From: Octopus vulgaris
Taxonomy: Eukaryota
Direction of reading: 5' to 3'
Length of the DNA: 64,000 nucleotides
Assembly: GCA_951406725.2 (NCBI GenBank)
Contig: OX597831.1
Location: forward strand, 58,404,001-58,468,000
Position numbers and translations under genes: made by a program
Notes under the pieces: generated by a model
Told to the model about the DNA's origin: nothing
Databases searched by the model: none
The model's input: the letters and a program-made list of their open reading frames with translations, nothing else
Shown here: positions 38,807-52,529 of the stretch, piece after piece
Layout of the letters: each line of letters begins with the position of its first letter
How positions within the stretch are numbered: position 1 is the first letter of the stretch

Positions 38807-38997
38807 AGTCGCCATGATAGATCGTTAGCCACTACACACATTTTTTCTCTCCTTGTTTTTTCTGTATCCCTTTCTGTAGAAGAGCGTAGGCTCGAAACGT
38901 AAAAGACTTTTCCTATTCCTGAGCGTTATACTAATACATCTGTTTGTTTTGTACACCACCTGTCTTCGTCTTTTGTTTTTTCGTAAACTCTCCCTAT
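38807..38997 (+). mobile_element. Family D HHR-motif repeat, full copy
   Basis: HHR motif at 38870-38905 CUUU-CUGUAGA-A-GAGC guag GCUC-GAAAC-GUA-AAAG; tata on both flanks. Confidence 0.9.
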
Positions 38998-39002
38998 ATA
39001 TA

Positions 39003-39240
39003 AATATATCTGAAAGCAAATTTTCTCCATCAAACTTTATAAATTGCGCTTTTTCGTGCAGTTCAATCAATTCCACAAGGGAAACGCACGCTTTTATAAA
39101 CAACCAACACCATTCTGAATAATTTTCTTTCTTGATGGCAGTCAAAAGCATTCCTTTCCCATTTGATCTCATACTAAATGCTCTAAAGGAAGATTTTACA
39201 TGATATATGGTTTGTGCGGAGGGGTCTTTCAGCATATATG
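39003..39240 (-). pseudogene. Penelope-like RT remnant
   Basis: ..W..IELHEKAQFIKFDGENLLSDI resembles PLE RT KxxFIKFDIxEFYPSI. Confidence 0.4.
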
Positions 39241-39409
39241 CTTAAGACATGCGTCTATTCCGAAATATTTTCATCATTAATTTGTGTGTTCGGTTTTATG
39301 TAAATGCTACCTGCATTCCATCGCGTCAATACTTAACACTTTAAATATTCATATGAGCACGTGAGGATAAGCTGGTATTAAGAATACATTTTGATATCTT
39401 GAATACAAT

Positions 39410-42400
39410 CGCTCAAGAACATTTATAATTGTTAAGGATCCGAGTTTTTAACACGGCCAAATTCACGGGACTAGACTCGAAATTCAAGACCGTAAAGGAT
39501 TCAATTAAATTCTAAAACCTGAGTCATATTTCATTAAAAATGCAAGAACGGCTGAGGATGCTGCCCAGACAGAGGAAATTGTCGTCTATTTTTGTTCCTT
39601 CAACTGAGATGAATAAATTTACGTATGGAAGAAAACTATGGTTTTCTCCATATTAATTTTGCGACCATATTCCTTATGAGAAATAGAATATCGATCCATG
39701 AGTATTTCCATGCTTTTAGCAATATGTACAAAAAAGGTAGTTGTCATCTGTATCAAGAGATCGCTAGAATTAGAGATGAAATTCTCACAATTACCCACAC
39801 CGAACAAGTCGAACAAAAAAGAAAACATTGATGTACTCACACACACAATACACACACACACACAAACACACACGTACACACACACATTTGATACGCATAC
39901 TGACGCTAGCGTTCCTTCCCAACAAGTAGGAAGGGAAGAGCAACAACAACACACTCACAAATTAATCCCAATATCCTTCCCCTCTCTTCTGATTTCTCCG
40001 ACATGTCGGACAAAGGCGATACAGAAGAATGGCAAATGGCCTCAAGGGGGAGAAGAAAAAGGGAAAAGAAACGAAAAGACACGCAATCAATCAAGGCAAG
40101 AAGAGACGCTACACACGAAAACACAGCTCCGCCACAAAACACACACATTATCACCAACTATTCAAACACACAAACACCAAATGGACCCACAATGTTGAAA
40201 GCAATAAACTCAAACAATTCAGACCTAATGCAATACATTAGGTTCAAGACCAACATAACAGAAGACAATGTCAAAAGAAACAATCACCCACGCACAACAC
40301 CATCACAACACACACACAAAAAATCATTCATCTGACACAAAACATACACAACACACTGAAATTTCTATACCCGGATGTGGTAGGGAGATTTCAAATGTAA
40401 TTATCAAAAAAATTCTGCAGAAACCTTCTTACACAAGACTGTGAGGGAAAAAACAACCAAGTTTCGAACAGTAAGTGACACACATTCTCTCTCTCTCTCT
40501 CATTCTTTTCCTTTTCCTTTCGTGTGTAAAGCACAACTTTCGATAGGAACATAGAATGGGTTGTATAAATGTGCGTGGCTTGGGGTCGCCTTGGAAACAA
40601 GGCCACCTGTTAAATGACATCAAGTCACAGAATGTGCATATCATAGCTATAAGTGAGACAAGACTTCACAACCCGCGGGCTCTCCAGCACTTTCGGCGGA
40701 CAATTCGACATTTATTTTCCCCTGTTTCTGCCGAGAATGGGAGGAGGTGGTACCGCGGTGCTTTTTCGAAAGAGTCTGGGCCTCAAAGTACGAACAATAT
40801 TTATAGACCTGGAGGGTAGGCTAGTCGTCTTGGGTGCCGATGGCAGTAATGGGTACGCTTTTCGACTGATAACAGTTTATGCACCGTCCTTAACAGGTCG
40901 GCCGGATTTCTTTCGACGTCTAGATGTTTTCCTGGAAACATCTGGACCTTTAGAAGAAGCACATAGAAGTGGAATTGCGTCCAACATGCTGGCGGCGAGG
41001 CTGGCCCTCGACCAAAACTTCAAGGCCAAACACGAAGGATGCGTTGTCAGAGCTAGGATGCCTGAGAGACCCGAGTGGCGGAGGCACAACGAGACAACAA
41101 AGCCAACATTAGGTCTCTGACAGATGAGCAGGTCGCAAATTATTCGAACCCGAAAGGATGTGTGAGGCCTTTCAACAGAACTTTGCCCGACTGTTCGGGA
41201 CAACTGGTGGGTCAGAACGCAGAGTGGATTTTAGTGCCTACCTGCATGGTCTACCACGACTCTCGGCAAAAGAGGCGGAGTGTTGTGAAAGACCCATCAA
41301 AGCCGCGTGCGTACGGGATGCGATGACAGGCTGCGTGGGGGACAAGTTGCCAGGCTTCGATGGTCTGCCTTACGAGCTTTATTGTCATATACCAGAGTTG
41401 TTTGGAGGCGTCTTAGCAGCAGTTTACTACAAGTGGCAGCAAAACGGGAGTATTCTCAGTTTTGTGAGCCAAGAAAAACCCAAACAAGGGAAACGTCGTA
41501 GATAACATCAGGCCCAACACTCTGCTCAACGCAGATTTGAAGATTTTGGCCAAGGTGTTAGCCGAGAAATTGGTGAAACTGGTCGACAAGACGCAAAATT
41601 GTGCCGTGCCGGGTAGGAGTATCAATGACAACCTCCATCTGATGTGCTACATCATTGACAGTATAGTTAAGGAACCTGGCATGGGTGGGGCGATGATCAA
41701 TTTGGAGCAATGGAAAGCTTTCGATAGGGTCGACCATCGCTACTTGGAGGCTGTCCTTAGGGTGGCTTGTTTCGGTCCTGTCTTCCGCAGTTGGATCGCT
41801 GTCTTATACAGCGGCATCCGCTCGGTAGTTCGCATAAATGGTCATCTATCCAGACTATTTAACATCACGCGTTCGGTCTGTCAAGTATGACCCCTCTCAT
41901 CTCTTCTGTACGTATTTACTGTAGAGCGCCACTACTGCGAGGCTGAGAGGCACCATGCGAGAACTGGGATGTGGGAGGTGCGTGTTTGCATACGCAGACG
42001 ACTTCACCGTCATAGTGTCCAGCAGCAGGCATATTGACTTCGTCGGCGAGACACTAAAAGAATATGAAGCGGTAATGGGAGCGAAAAATTAACTCGGAAA
42101 AGTCAGTGGGCTTGTGTATCGGCACATTGAGAAACAGTGCCCATGCCATCAAAAAGCGTCTCCATCGTGGGACACTGGACTGACGGACTGGTTACATTGC
42201 TTAGGTCTGGCTCGGACCGGACCTCCAAATGGAGAAGAACTGGGGCAAAATAACTAGTAGGGTGGTCATTGTCACCCAGCAATGGGTCCAGAGAAAGCTA
42301 TCCCTAAAAGGCCGGGTGGAGCTGGCGAAAATGTAGATCGCATCCGTCATCTATTACCGCCTGACCGTCGTGCCTTGTCCCGACACTACCATCACCAACT

Positions 42401-43624
42401 GGAACGCATATTCTTCCGCTTTTTGTGGGAGGTAAGCGTTCCGTTGGTTAGGCGATCCATTTGCTGTCAACACCCGCTAAACGGATGCTGGGCATGCCGT
42501 GGTTAATAATGAGCAGATATGCGCTGAGACTGCGTCATCTCCGGCGTTTCATAGACGGCGGTGAACAGGTGTGGTCACCGTTTGTGAGGCGCGCTTTCTC
42601 GCAACTCGTCTCTTTGGCCGAACTGCTGTCATGGATCAAACAGAGACCGAAGCTAGGCGAATGGCACCGCGAGTGACGTCTTGCTCTCAAGCATCTCTGC
42701 CGTCCGGGACCAAACTTGTGCGACTTCACTTCCATGAAGTCGTTCTATAGAGGATTAGTGGAGGGGAGGTGCGACGACGTTCTTGGGGAGAATCTGGGCG
42801 TCGACGGGGAACACCTGAGCCGCCTCTTCAGGACATCTTTTGGGCCGGGACCTATAGACAATCACCAGTTATCCCTGACCTGGCAGTGCTATCGGGAAGC
42901 ATTGCCCTTTCGGGATAAGGTTCACCTGACCGACGTGCTCGGGATACAGCAGACCCATTCGCCTGAGATGCAGTCAGAGCGACGACAGCGTTCTGCACGC
43001 ACTCGTGCAGGGTTCAACAATTTCAAACCGGTGGGCTTATGTCGAACGGCTGCTGACACTTGTAGGACGAATTCAGTTATCGTCCAAGTCTATCGTGAAT
43101 ATTGCCTGCCACCTTCCTTTAACCGAGAAGGCAAAGCAGTTTTCATTGCACTGGTGGCTATGGTGAAAGACTGTGTGTGGTGGCCTCGTGCGAAATGTTT
43201 AGAGACAAATACTTTCCTTTCTAGCCTGTCGCTCATGAACTTTTCAAGTACCACTTGAAAAGGAAGGTGAGAATAGTGAGACACGTTTTGTCTCATAAAA
43301 GTTTCAATGGGTGAATGTAGCAAAGATGGTACGCGTAAATGACGAAACCACTTTAAGCATGATCCTGTAAATCTCAAAGAGAGTGAGAGCGCTTTGCTCT
43401 CATATGTTACTGGCCCTGCCTGGGGTTACCGTGATCTTTTCCGTAGGCTTTTCTTTCCACGGATAAACCTCTTTTACATTTTTACCCCGCCTTTTTTTTG
43501 CTGTTTACACACCACAAACGCTTTCGATCCCTTTTGATCGATTTATTTTTCTTCTCGAAAGAAGAAAAGTTCTACTTTGTATTGTCCCCTCTTTGTTCGG
43601 CCCTGCGTGGCTAATAAAGAAATA
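39410..43624 (+). mobile_element. Decayed L1/Tx1-clade LINE (ORF1 remnant, APE endonuclease, RT, zinc finger, 3' end)
   Basis: GCINVRGL..IAISETRL..GRLVVL..LITVYAP (APE); PGFDGLPYELY, LLNADLKILAKVLA, KAFDRVDH, AYADD (RT); internal deletions and frameshifts; ends aataaagaaata then (tctg)n. 5' boundary approximate. Confidence 0.9.
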
Positions 43625-43852
43625 TATCTGTCTGTGTCTGTCTGTCTGCCTATCTATCAATAAATCAATCAATCAGCAGCTGATCAGAACTTGTGAGTAC
43701 TGGAAATTGGAGGTTTTCTTTTAAACTGTATCAAAGAATACTCCACACTTGTTCTGTGTCCTGCAATTTATCACTTCTGGTGAATCCACACACACACATA
43801 CACACACACACACACACACCACACAACACACACATACATACGCACACACAAC

Positions 43853-43884
<32 letters not shown>

Positions 43885-46008
43885 ATGGTTGTAAATATGC
43901 ATTTGTAATGTCAGATGAAGTGAATCACCTATGCAACTTTTGCAAGAGACTGGTCATGGGAAATTGTTCTTGCATCGAACTCCTACTGTCTATAACGCTT
44001 CCAAGATCGTGGATTCACTTGAGACACCTAATGGAGAATTCGCTCGACTATCTCGAACTCGCAGACAGATTTCCTTTATATTATACCTCATTTTCGCAAA
44101 AATAAAAGGTACATTTGTTAATGTAGACCTATATAATAGACAGATCTGAATAAAACAAAAGAATACAGATCTGTCGATCAGAGTTCTCTTGGAGCTAATC
44201 AATAATAATATGTATTGAGATAGAAGACATGCACTATATAACCTTACAAGTCGCGAGAAAATATTAACTTGATTGCATTGATGCATTCTTACAAATTAGT
44301 TTGTAAAACAATTGAGAATCTTAATTTTCTTTTCTCTGTTGCAAAGCAATTTTGATTCTTGATTTGAAATCCTACACACGGAGGCAAAATATTGTAGAAA
44401 GTACTTACTGCTTATTGGAACTGAAATAACAAATAGAATTAAATCAATTTTCCCAGATATATTAGCCGAACTAAATCAGTGATTTTACGCTGATTATTTA
44501 TTTGTAATATAATTACCTACGTTTGTGCTATTGATGTGACTTTTAATTTAGGAGTTGAAAAATATCTCAGCATTGTGAAATCTGAGAATTGTAATGGGAT
44601 TACATTGCGTTATATATTACTTCAGATATAATTAAATATAGAGAAGAAAAGAAAAAGTGCATAAAATTCTTATAAAATTGAAAAGAGCTAGAAGACTTAT
44701 ACTTACATTTTATGCTTTGGGAAACTGAAATTACATTGTAGTTGTTCGCCTTTTCAGTAAATATTTTAATCTTTTATAGAAATACTTATATCAAAGGCAT
44801 ATCATGTAATCGCTGCTATGCATTTATCGTTCTATGTTTTAATGGAAGTGGGAAATGTATTTCTGATTATTAAATGGAACACAAACTTCTTTTATTCAAT
44901 GATCGGTGTATATTGGCTAAAACTACCTGAGAAAGAAAAAAATGTTATGAATAATAAGAAAAGAAGAGACAAAATTGAGAAATACTATACTGCGATTAGC
45001 TTTATCGATCAAAGGTCTATTTCGGAGTGATAAAGTGCATTGAAGGAAATATGGAGACAGATCGATATGATTCTATGATTTATTATTATTTTTCAATTTA
45101 CCAAACTCATACAAAGTTTAAAGGAGAATGCCAAAAAGCCTACACTAAGAAAATCCTAGTAAAATAGTTAATCTTAGAAGTTTTATAAAATCAAACTAAT
45201 GGAAACCAGTTTTTTGCCGAGAGGAAGGCATACGTACAAGTGATTGGATTTCTCACGTTTGAGATTCTTTATAGTAATTTCTTTTCAAACATTTTTTGCG
45301 AGGAAAAGAAGTAAAAAAAAAAAAATAAGTGTTCTAATAATTTGGGACATAAAATTCATATAGAAATATTGAATCAAAAAACCGAACAGATGTTCAATGA
45401 AAAATATGGTAGACTGAATTTTGTCACATTTTGTATTTTTCCTATGTAATGTGATATGGCAGAATTTTTATCACTTATTAAATGGATTATTGTCAAATAT
45501 AGAAGCAGAAATGGTAATTTCTCCCAATAAAATAATCTTCCTTAAAAGATATACCTGATAACTTAGTTGCAGATCAGTAGTTCGCTGCTAGATCACAATA
45601 CTCACTGCGCCGTCTTATAGTCAGCGTTCTTCTATTTACATACAGTTTTTGTTTGTTTTCTGCTGTACTTTACACTGCTACCTTTCCAGGGAGTAACTTT
45701 GTTGCTTGGCTGTAACCTATGTAGTAACGTTCGTTCTGTATGTCGTCGAATAAGATCGTAACGAAGGGTTTTGATAACGATGACACAAAAGTAACCTTCG
45801 GGATCAATTTTCTTCGAATTAAGTCTCACATTAAATGTAATTGTGATAATAATAATTACGTAGATTAAAATTACTGTAGCCGCTGATATAAATTGCTCCT
45901 TCAATACCAACGATTCTCTCATTCTATTGGCAGGAACTTGAACGTCAAGATACTGCATTTATTTTCTTTAAATGTATCTTAAGCATTAATTGTAATTAAT
46001 TGTAAAAA

Positions 46009-46240
46009 GGCGGCGAGCTGGCAGAAACGTTAGCACGCCGGGCGAAATGCGTAGCTGTATTTCGTCTGCCGTTACGTTCTGAGTTCAACATTCCGCCGAG
46101 GTCGACTTTGCCTTTCATCCTTTCGGGGTCGATAAATTAAGTACCAGTTACGCACTGGGGTCGATATAATCGACTTAATCCGTTTGTCTGTCCTCGTTTG
46201 TCCCCTCTGTGTTTAGCCCCTTTTGGGCTGTAAAGAAATA
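46009..46240 (+). mobile_element. SINE family A
   Basis: Full-length copy; ~20-bp TSD tatcttaag(c/t)attaattgta. Confidence 0.9.
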
Positions 46241-46760
46241 TATATCTTAAGTATTAATTGTACTCAATGAAGACAACAAGAAACCGAGCTACTGTATCAT
46301 TTTTAAAACGCGGTGATAGCAATAGAAAATTATTTCTTGAAACAAATTAGATGTTTGAGAAAATAATGACGTATTACAACGAGATGTAACCTGCAACTAT
46401 TATAATTGTAGCTTCTAATTAGCATAATTACTGGAAATCTAATAGAGTAGGGAAACTGAAGTACTAATTGCATAAGAGCCGAAGCTGACTCAGTTGAAGT
46501 TTGATACCAGAGAGCAATGTATTAAATGCATCTCTACAAAATCGAGACAAATGAAAAATTATCGAATAGAAATTGAATTAGATTAACGACTCACGGATCT
46601 TAAACTGATATTCACTAACTGTGTTACTTTGTGTACGCCAAAAATTCATTTGCTCATGTCATTCAACTCTCAACATGAGGCACAATATCCCTTAGTTTTT
46701 ACACATTTTTATTCATTCCCCTGGCAAGTGGAATCGGATTTTAATATTAGTCCCAATATA

Positions 46761-47010
46761 AGGCTGCGAGCAAGCAGAATCGTTAGTACCCCGGGCAATA
46801 TGTTTAACAGCATTTATCCGTCTTTGCGTTCTGATTTCAAATGCCACCGAAGTCGACTTTGCATCCGGGCATTTCGTTCGTTTTTACATTGAGTTCAAAT
46901 TCCGTCGAAGTAGACTTTACCTTTCGTCCTTTTGGGGTCGATAAAATAAGTATCAGCTTACTCCTCCGTACCCACGCAAAAATGCTGGACTCGTGCCAAA
47001 ATAAATTTGA
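46761..47010 (+). mobile_element. Degenerate SINE A/A' with internal duplication
   Basis: The gagttcaaattccg..gacttt segment appears twice. Confidence 0.65.
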
Positions 47011-47966
47011 GACTAATAAAATATATTAAATATATCACGTGAAATATGTCACGTGTAATGAAATAGAATTTCAAACCTATTTCAGTTAAAAAAAAATTTT
47101 TTTAAGAAATTCGCTTTTCACACTTTTTTCCATCTGGCACTAGCATGTCAGACCATTTTGTTAAACTGGATGTTCTCACACATGGTGAGGCAATCAAGTT
47201 ACACGCTGCAGAAGATAACTAAAAACATGGCTACTGTCAGTGCATTGATTCACAAAAGACGTTGATATGAGATTAGTATTAAAACCTGCACCGAGGCAAA
47301 TTTCTGGAGAGAAAAATTAGAAGATATCTAATAAAATACGAGGAAAATAAGTAAGTAGGGAGAGGAGAGAATTACAACTGCATTCTTATAATACTCAGGA
47401 ACTAAAGCGAGCAGAAGGCATACACACATTCGTATACTTATAAATACACAACAAATGAAAGACAATTTATAAAAGACTAGTTTGATACTTAAAACAAAGG
47501 GAAGTGCAAAAAAATAAGTTGATAATAATGAATAATTACTATAGGTGTCGTTGTAATAAATTATAGTTATAAGATTTTCGATTGGACAGTAAATGAACGA
47601 AAAAAAAAATGGCTGCATTAGTTATAGAGCAGGGAAAAATCTGTAAAAAGTTGTATTTTCTACGAATACAGGTAATTAAAGGTGTTATGCAACGTGAAAG
47701 CTATTGCAAAATATCAATTGTGAAACTTGAAAATAATGGAAATCTTACTCAAATAGCCAAACAAATACCAACAAAAGACATGTTTTGTGTCTTTAAGGAA
47801 GCCTGTAAATAGAAAAAGAGAGGCGGAAATAAGAAACAGTTGGAAGGGGAAAAGAAAAAAAAAACAACAAATATTTAGAAAGAACCAAAGAGTAAGCTAA
47901 AAGGGGTGTTATAGAATGTGATAATACGAAACATTTCTACATGACCAATACCTGTCAAAGAAAAAT

Positions 47967-48066
47967 NNNNNNNNNNNNNNNNNNNNNNNNNNNNNNNNNN
48001 NNNNNNNNNNNNNNNNNNNNNNNNNNNNNNNNNNNNNNNNNNNNNNNNNNNNNNNNNNNNNNNNNN
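47967..48066. other. Assembly gap (100 N)
   Basis: Run of N. Confidence 1.
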
Positions 48067-48300
48067 TATATCTTTGTATGTGTATACACATACATATATA
48101 TATGTATGTGTATATATATATGTATATATACACACAAACATACACACATCCAAATACACACACACGCACACACATATATATGTATTTCTTGCACACACAA
48201 GTGTGAATTATGCAAAAAGAATAAATTCAGTATAAGTATTCGCAGATACACTTTTCCCTCCGCCTATTTTTGATATTGATTCGTGTTCTTATTGATTACT

Positions 48301-48363
<63 letters not shown>

Positions 48364-48372
48364 GTATATACA

Positions 48373-48422
<50 letters not shown>

Positions 48423-48478
48423 ATTATGCATATGTTTTGATGCGTAATTGCATATGTGGGTGCGTGTGCACAAGCTTG

Positions 48479-48516
<38 letters not shown>

Positions 48517-48886
48517 GCACACACACATTTATATATCTATATATATTTATATTTATACGTGTATATATGTGTGCGTATGCTTGTATATATGAAGCATACT
48601 TTGATTCATGTATGTGTGAGTAGATCATTATTTAAACATACATATTTTTACGAGTTTGCAAAAGTATAAATGATTACTGCATCACAATAAAAAAAAACTC
48701 GCTCATAAACATACGTGATTTGTATACATCCCTCTGCACACACATATTTATATAACATTTATAGACGTTCAGTCACGAATGAAGATAAATATATGAAAAT
48801 TACGTAGATTGAGAATGATATACTGAAATTCTAACACAAACCACACACGCGGGAACGAGCACAAATTTATGTTTATAAGCATAGAT

Positions 48887-48887
<1 letters not shown>

Positions 48888-48968
<81 letters not shown>
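48888..48968. repeat. (CA)n microsatellite
   Basis: Seen directly. Confidence 0.95.
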
Positions 48969-48974
<6 letters not shown>

Positions 48975-50193
48975 AGAGCACACACACACATAAACACGCA
49001 TGCACACATACACATGTATATATATTTACGTACAAGTAAGCGAAAACAGGATATATACGGCGGGTTATCTTCTTATTTACATTATATCCTTAAAATACAC
49101 ACCCAGGTGGTTACATACAAATAGCTATACTTCTGCAAACACAAATATACACGCGCACTCATGCCTAAATGATTACATACATGTATATATGTGATTATGT
49201 ATATGTACATATAATGCATATATACATACACACACACAAACACGCATATATGTATATATTTCTATATATATATGTATATACGTATACATGCGTATATGAA
49301 TACAGACACATTCACTATATTTGTATCATACATGTATGCATATAACTGTGTTTGTGTGCGCGCACACTCACCCATGCACACATGCGTACAAACATGCAAA
49401 CACACACACACACACACACGCCACGCACGCGCACAAAATCATACACCATGCACCTCCATCGACGCCACCACATATTTCTGATCTAGTTTCTGAACATTAC
49501 GTCAAAGCCACAGAGAAAGCAAAAATGTCACAAAATATTCCATTGAGGCATACTTACACTAAATAATTCAAAACAGAGGAACAGAAAGAAAAATTCTCGC
49601 AACGAAAATTTTCACAGAATGATGGAGGTGACAATAAATATTAAACAAAACTATTGCAACTACACTAAATATAAACGATAGGGAAGCATTTTTCATTGAT
49701 AGAAATTTCCCGGGAAAAATAAAAAGAAAGGAATGTTTCCACAACGAAAAATACTTTTCCATATACCTACCCTGGACTAAATATATATTCAAAAAGAATG
49801 AAAGGAATATATACGCAAGGAAAGATGAATATTCGAAAAGAAAAAAAAATAGGTACGGAATGATTCATCACCAGATTAATACTAGGCACCAAACATGAAG
49901 CATAGTGAAAGAAGAAAAAATAAAATAATGATTATTTTCGAACTCAGTTTTTTCTAAAGAACAAAACGGCATACTTCGTCAGAATATGTACACAAGATTT
50001 AAAAAAATATATATACAAAAACATCAAAATATATAAGTCAATCAAAACTAAAATCAGAGAGTAATCTTTTATAGAAATAATATTTCTCAGTTATCATACA
50101 CAACAAAACGCGCGCGCGCGTACGCACACATACTCACGCGCACAATTTCCATATCCACAATGCCATACATTAATATATAAACAGAATTATATG

Positions 50194-50249
<56 letters not shown>

Positions 50250-50286
50250 TATGTTGTGTACATTAAATGAAACATATGAATACATA

Positions 50287-50319
<33 letters not shown>

Positions 50320-50429
50320 GCATACTACACCACGACATCTGAAACCTTTGGACTTTTTGAACTTTACGTAGAACTATTATAATTATTACTATTATTTTTA
50401 TCTCCTGTGTGACCCTTCTGTCAGGCATT

Positions 50430-50624
50430 CGCCATGATAGATCGTTAGCCACTACAAACATTTTTCCTCTCCTTGTTCCTCTCCTTATTTCTTTCTGTGT
50501 TCCTTTCTGTAGAAGAGCCTATGCTCGAAACGTTAAAGACATTTTCAATTCCCGAGCGTTATACTAATACATCTGTTTGTTTTCTACACAACCTGTCTTC
50601 GTCTTTTGCTTTTTCGTGAATTCT

Positions 50625-50629
<5 letters not shown>
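50430..50629 (+). mobile_element. Family D HHR-motif repeat (variant)
   Basis: CUUU-CUGUAGA-A-GAGC cuau GCUC-GAAAC-GUU-AAAG; abuts (TA)n. Confidence 0.85.
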
Positions 50630-50692
<63 letters not shown>

Positions 50693-50824
50693 ATGTATAT
50701 ATTTCAGTTAATGTACACTACATAAAGATTAGTACTACTAATAGTTACTTGGCGTAAAGGGAAGGCACGTATCTCGTCTTTGTACTGTGTACATTCAATG
50801 ATATTTATCTCCCACAAGATGATA

Positions 50825-51058
50825 GATATTGTTGTACACCGTTGGTCACAATGCGCTTTATGGTAGGTGAGTAGGCTAACATTAGCTCTGATCAGAAGGC
50901 TAATTTGTCGCAAGGTGTCTCATGTACAGCTGAGTGAACTGGAGCAACTTGCAATGAAGTGCTTTGCTCCAGAATACAACGCACCAATCGGGCCAGGATT
51001 CGAACCTATGATCCAGCGAGCGTGAGTGCAAAACCTTAACCACCAGGCCACGCGCCTT

Positions 51059-51062
<4 letters not shown>
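50825..51062 (-). mobile_element. tRNA-derived SINE (OK-like) sharing the OR1-like tail
   Basis: Head gaaggcgcgtggcctggtggttaag..ggttcgaatcc; tail aagcgcattgtgacca. Confidence 0.75.
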
Positions 51063-51090
<28 letters not shown>

Positions 51091-51125
51091 GTATAACTAT
51101 CTCGACCAGACTGTCTGAAATTATT

Positions 51126-51386
51126 ATACTTCGCTGGTCACAATGATCGCATTACTGTAACTTTTGAAAGCTGCCACTCTACCGGTTAGGCGGGCAGCCC
51201 CAACTTTCCCCCACAAGAGAAAGCCAGTCCGTTCTATGGTTGCCCACTTACAAGTCACTGGACTGCAGAAGCGTGAAATTAAGTTTTTTTTTCCTGGAGA
51301 ACACCACGCACTGCGTGTGTTTAGGAACCGTACACACGAACTTGTGATTGTCAGTGTAACACACACAGCCATTAAGCCACACCCTC
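51126..51386 (-). mobile_element. Older degenerate SINE with the same cattgtgaccagcga tail
   Basis: Tail match and a decayed tRNA-like head. Confidence 0.55.
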
Positions 51387-52333
51387 TTATATATATATAT
51401 ATATATATATGTGGGTGTGTGTATGTGGTTTATGTCTGTGTATGTGCGTATGTGCACCTGTGTGTACGTGGTTTATTTGTCTGTCTATATGCATGTGCTG
51501 GTGCAATAATATACGTATCTGCGTATAAATATCTGCATTCTTCTTGTCTGCATATACATATAGCCAAGCACGCTACTACGTATGCTGTTGTATTAACCAG
51601 CCTACACGACATCCACCTCTAAGTACGTGCCTTAACTGAAATTCACAATATGAAGCCATATATAAATTAATCCGAAATTAAATGCTATTCAAGAATAAGG
51701 ATTTCATTGATTCAACATGAAGAATGTTCTATTTAGCATGAACTTTTAAGACAGAGAAATCGTAGGATTTGTCTATTGTTTTATAACAAATAATTTCATT
51801 GTATGCCGAGTATTAAGTTCGAATACTCTGATTCGCATCAGTAAAATCACTTTCGGATTATGAAATATATGCGTGTGTGTGTGAGTGCCCAACACACACA
51901 CACACACTTATATGTACATGTACATACGTGTATATATATGTGTATATATGTGTATATATGTATATATATACATGTATATATATACATATATATATATAAA
52001 TATATATATATACATACATATATATTCAAGTATATATATATATATATATATGTATACATATATATATACATGTATATATATATATATATGTGTGTATACA
52101 TACATACACACATATATATGTATGTGTGTGTGTAAACAGGTGTATTCATACATCCATACACACGTATACATATACGCACATACGTACACCTGTACACGCT
52201 TTAAACACAACTACTGCAACTACACTTTACTATCAACGATAGTAAAGTTGTGTTTAAAGATACACATACATGCAGGCACACACATACACGTACGTTTATG
52301 TATGTATGTACATTATGTATGTATATATATTTA

Positions 52334-52371
<38 letters not shown>

Positions 52372-52419
52372 CATAATGTACATACATATATATATATATA
52401 TATATATACATACATAATG

Positions 52420-52459
<40 letters not shown>

Positions 52460-52466
52460 CATAATG

Positions 52467-52529
<63 letters not shown>

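Noticed and set aside
43900-45960. Non-repetitive-looking AT-rich stretch as a possible decayed gene
   Set aside because: No recognisable motif or consistent frame by eye; needs BLASTX.
51810-51848. CUGAUGC-GAAU..AUUC-GAAC on the minus strand
   Set aside because: Two core mismatches; could be chance.
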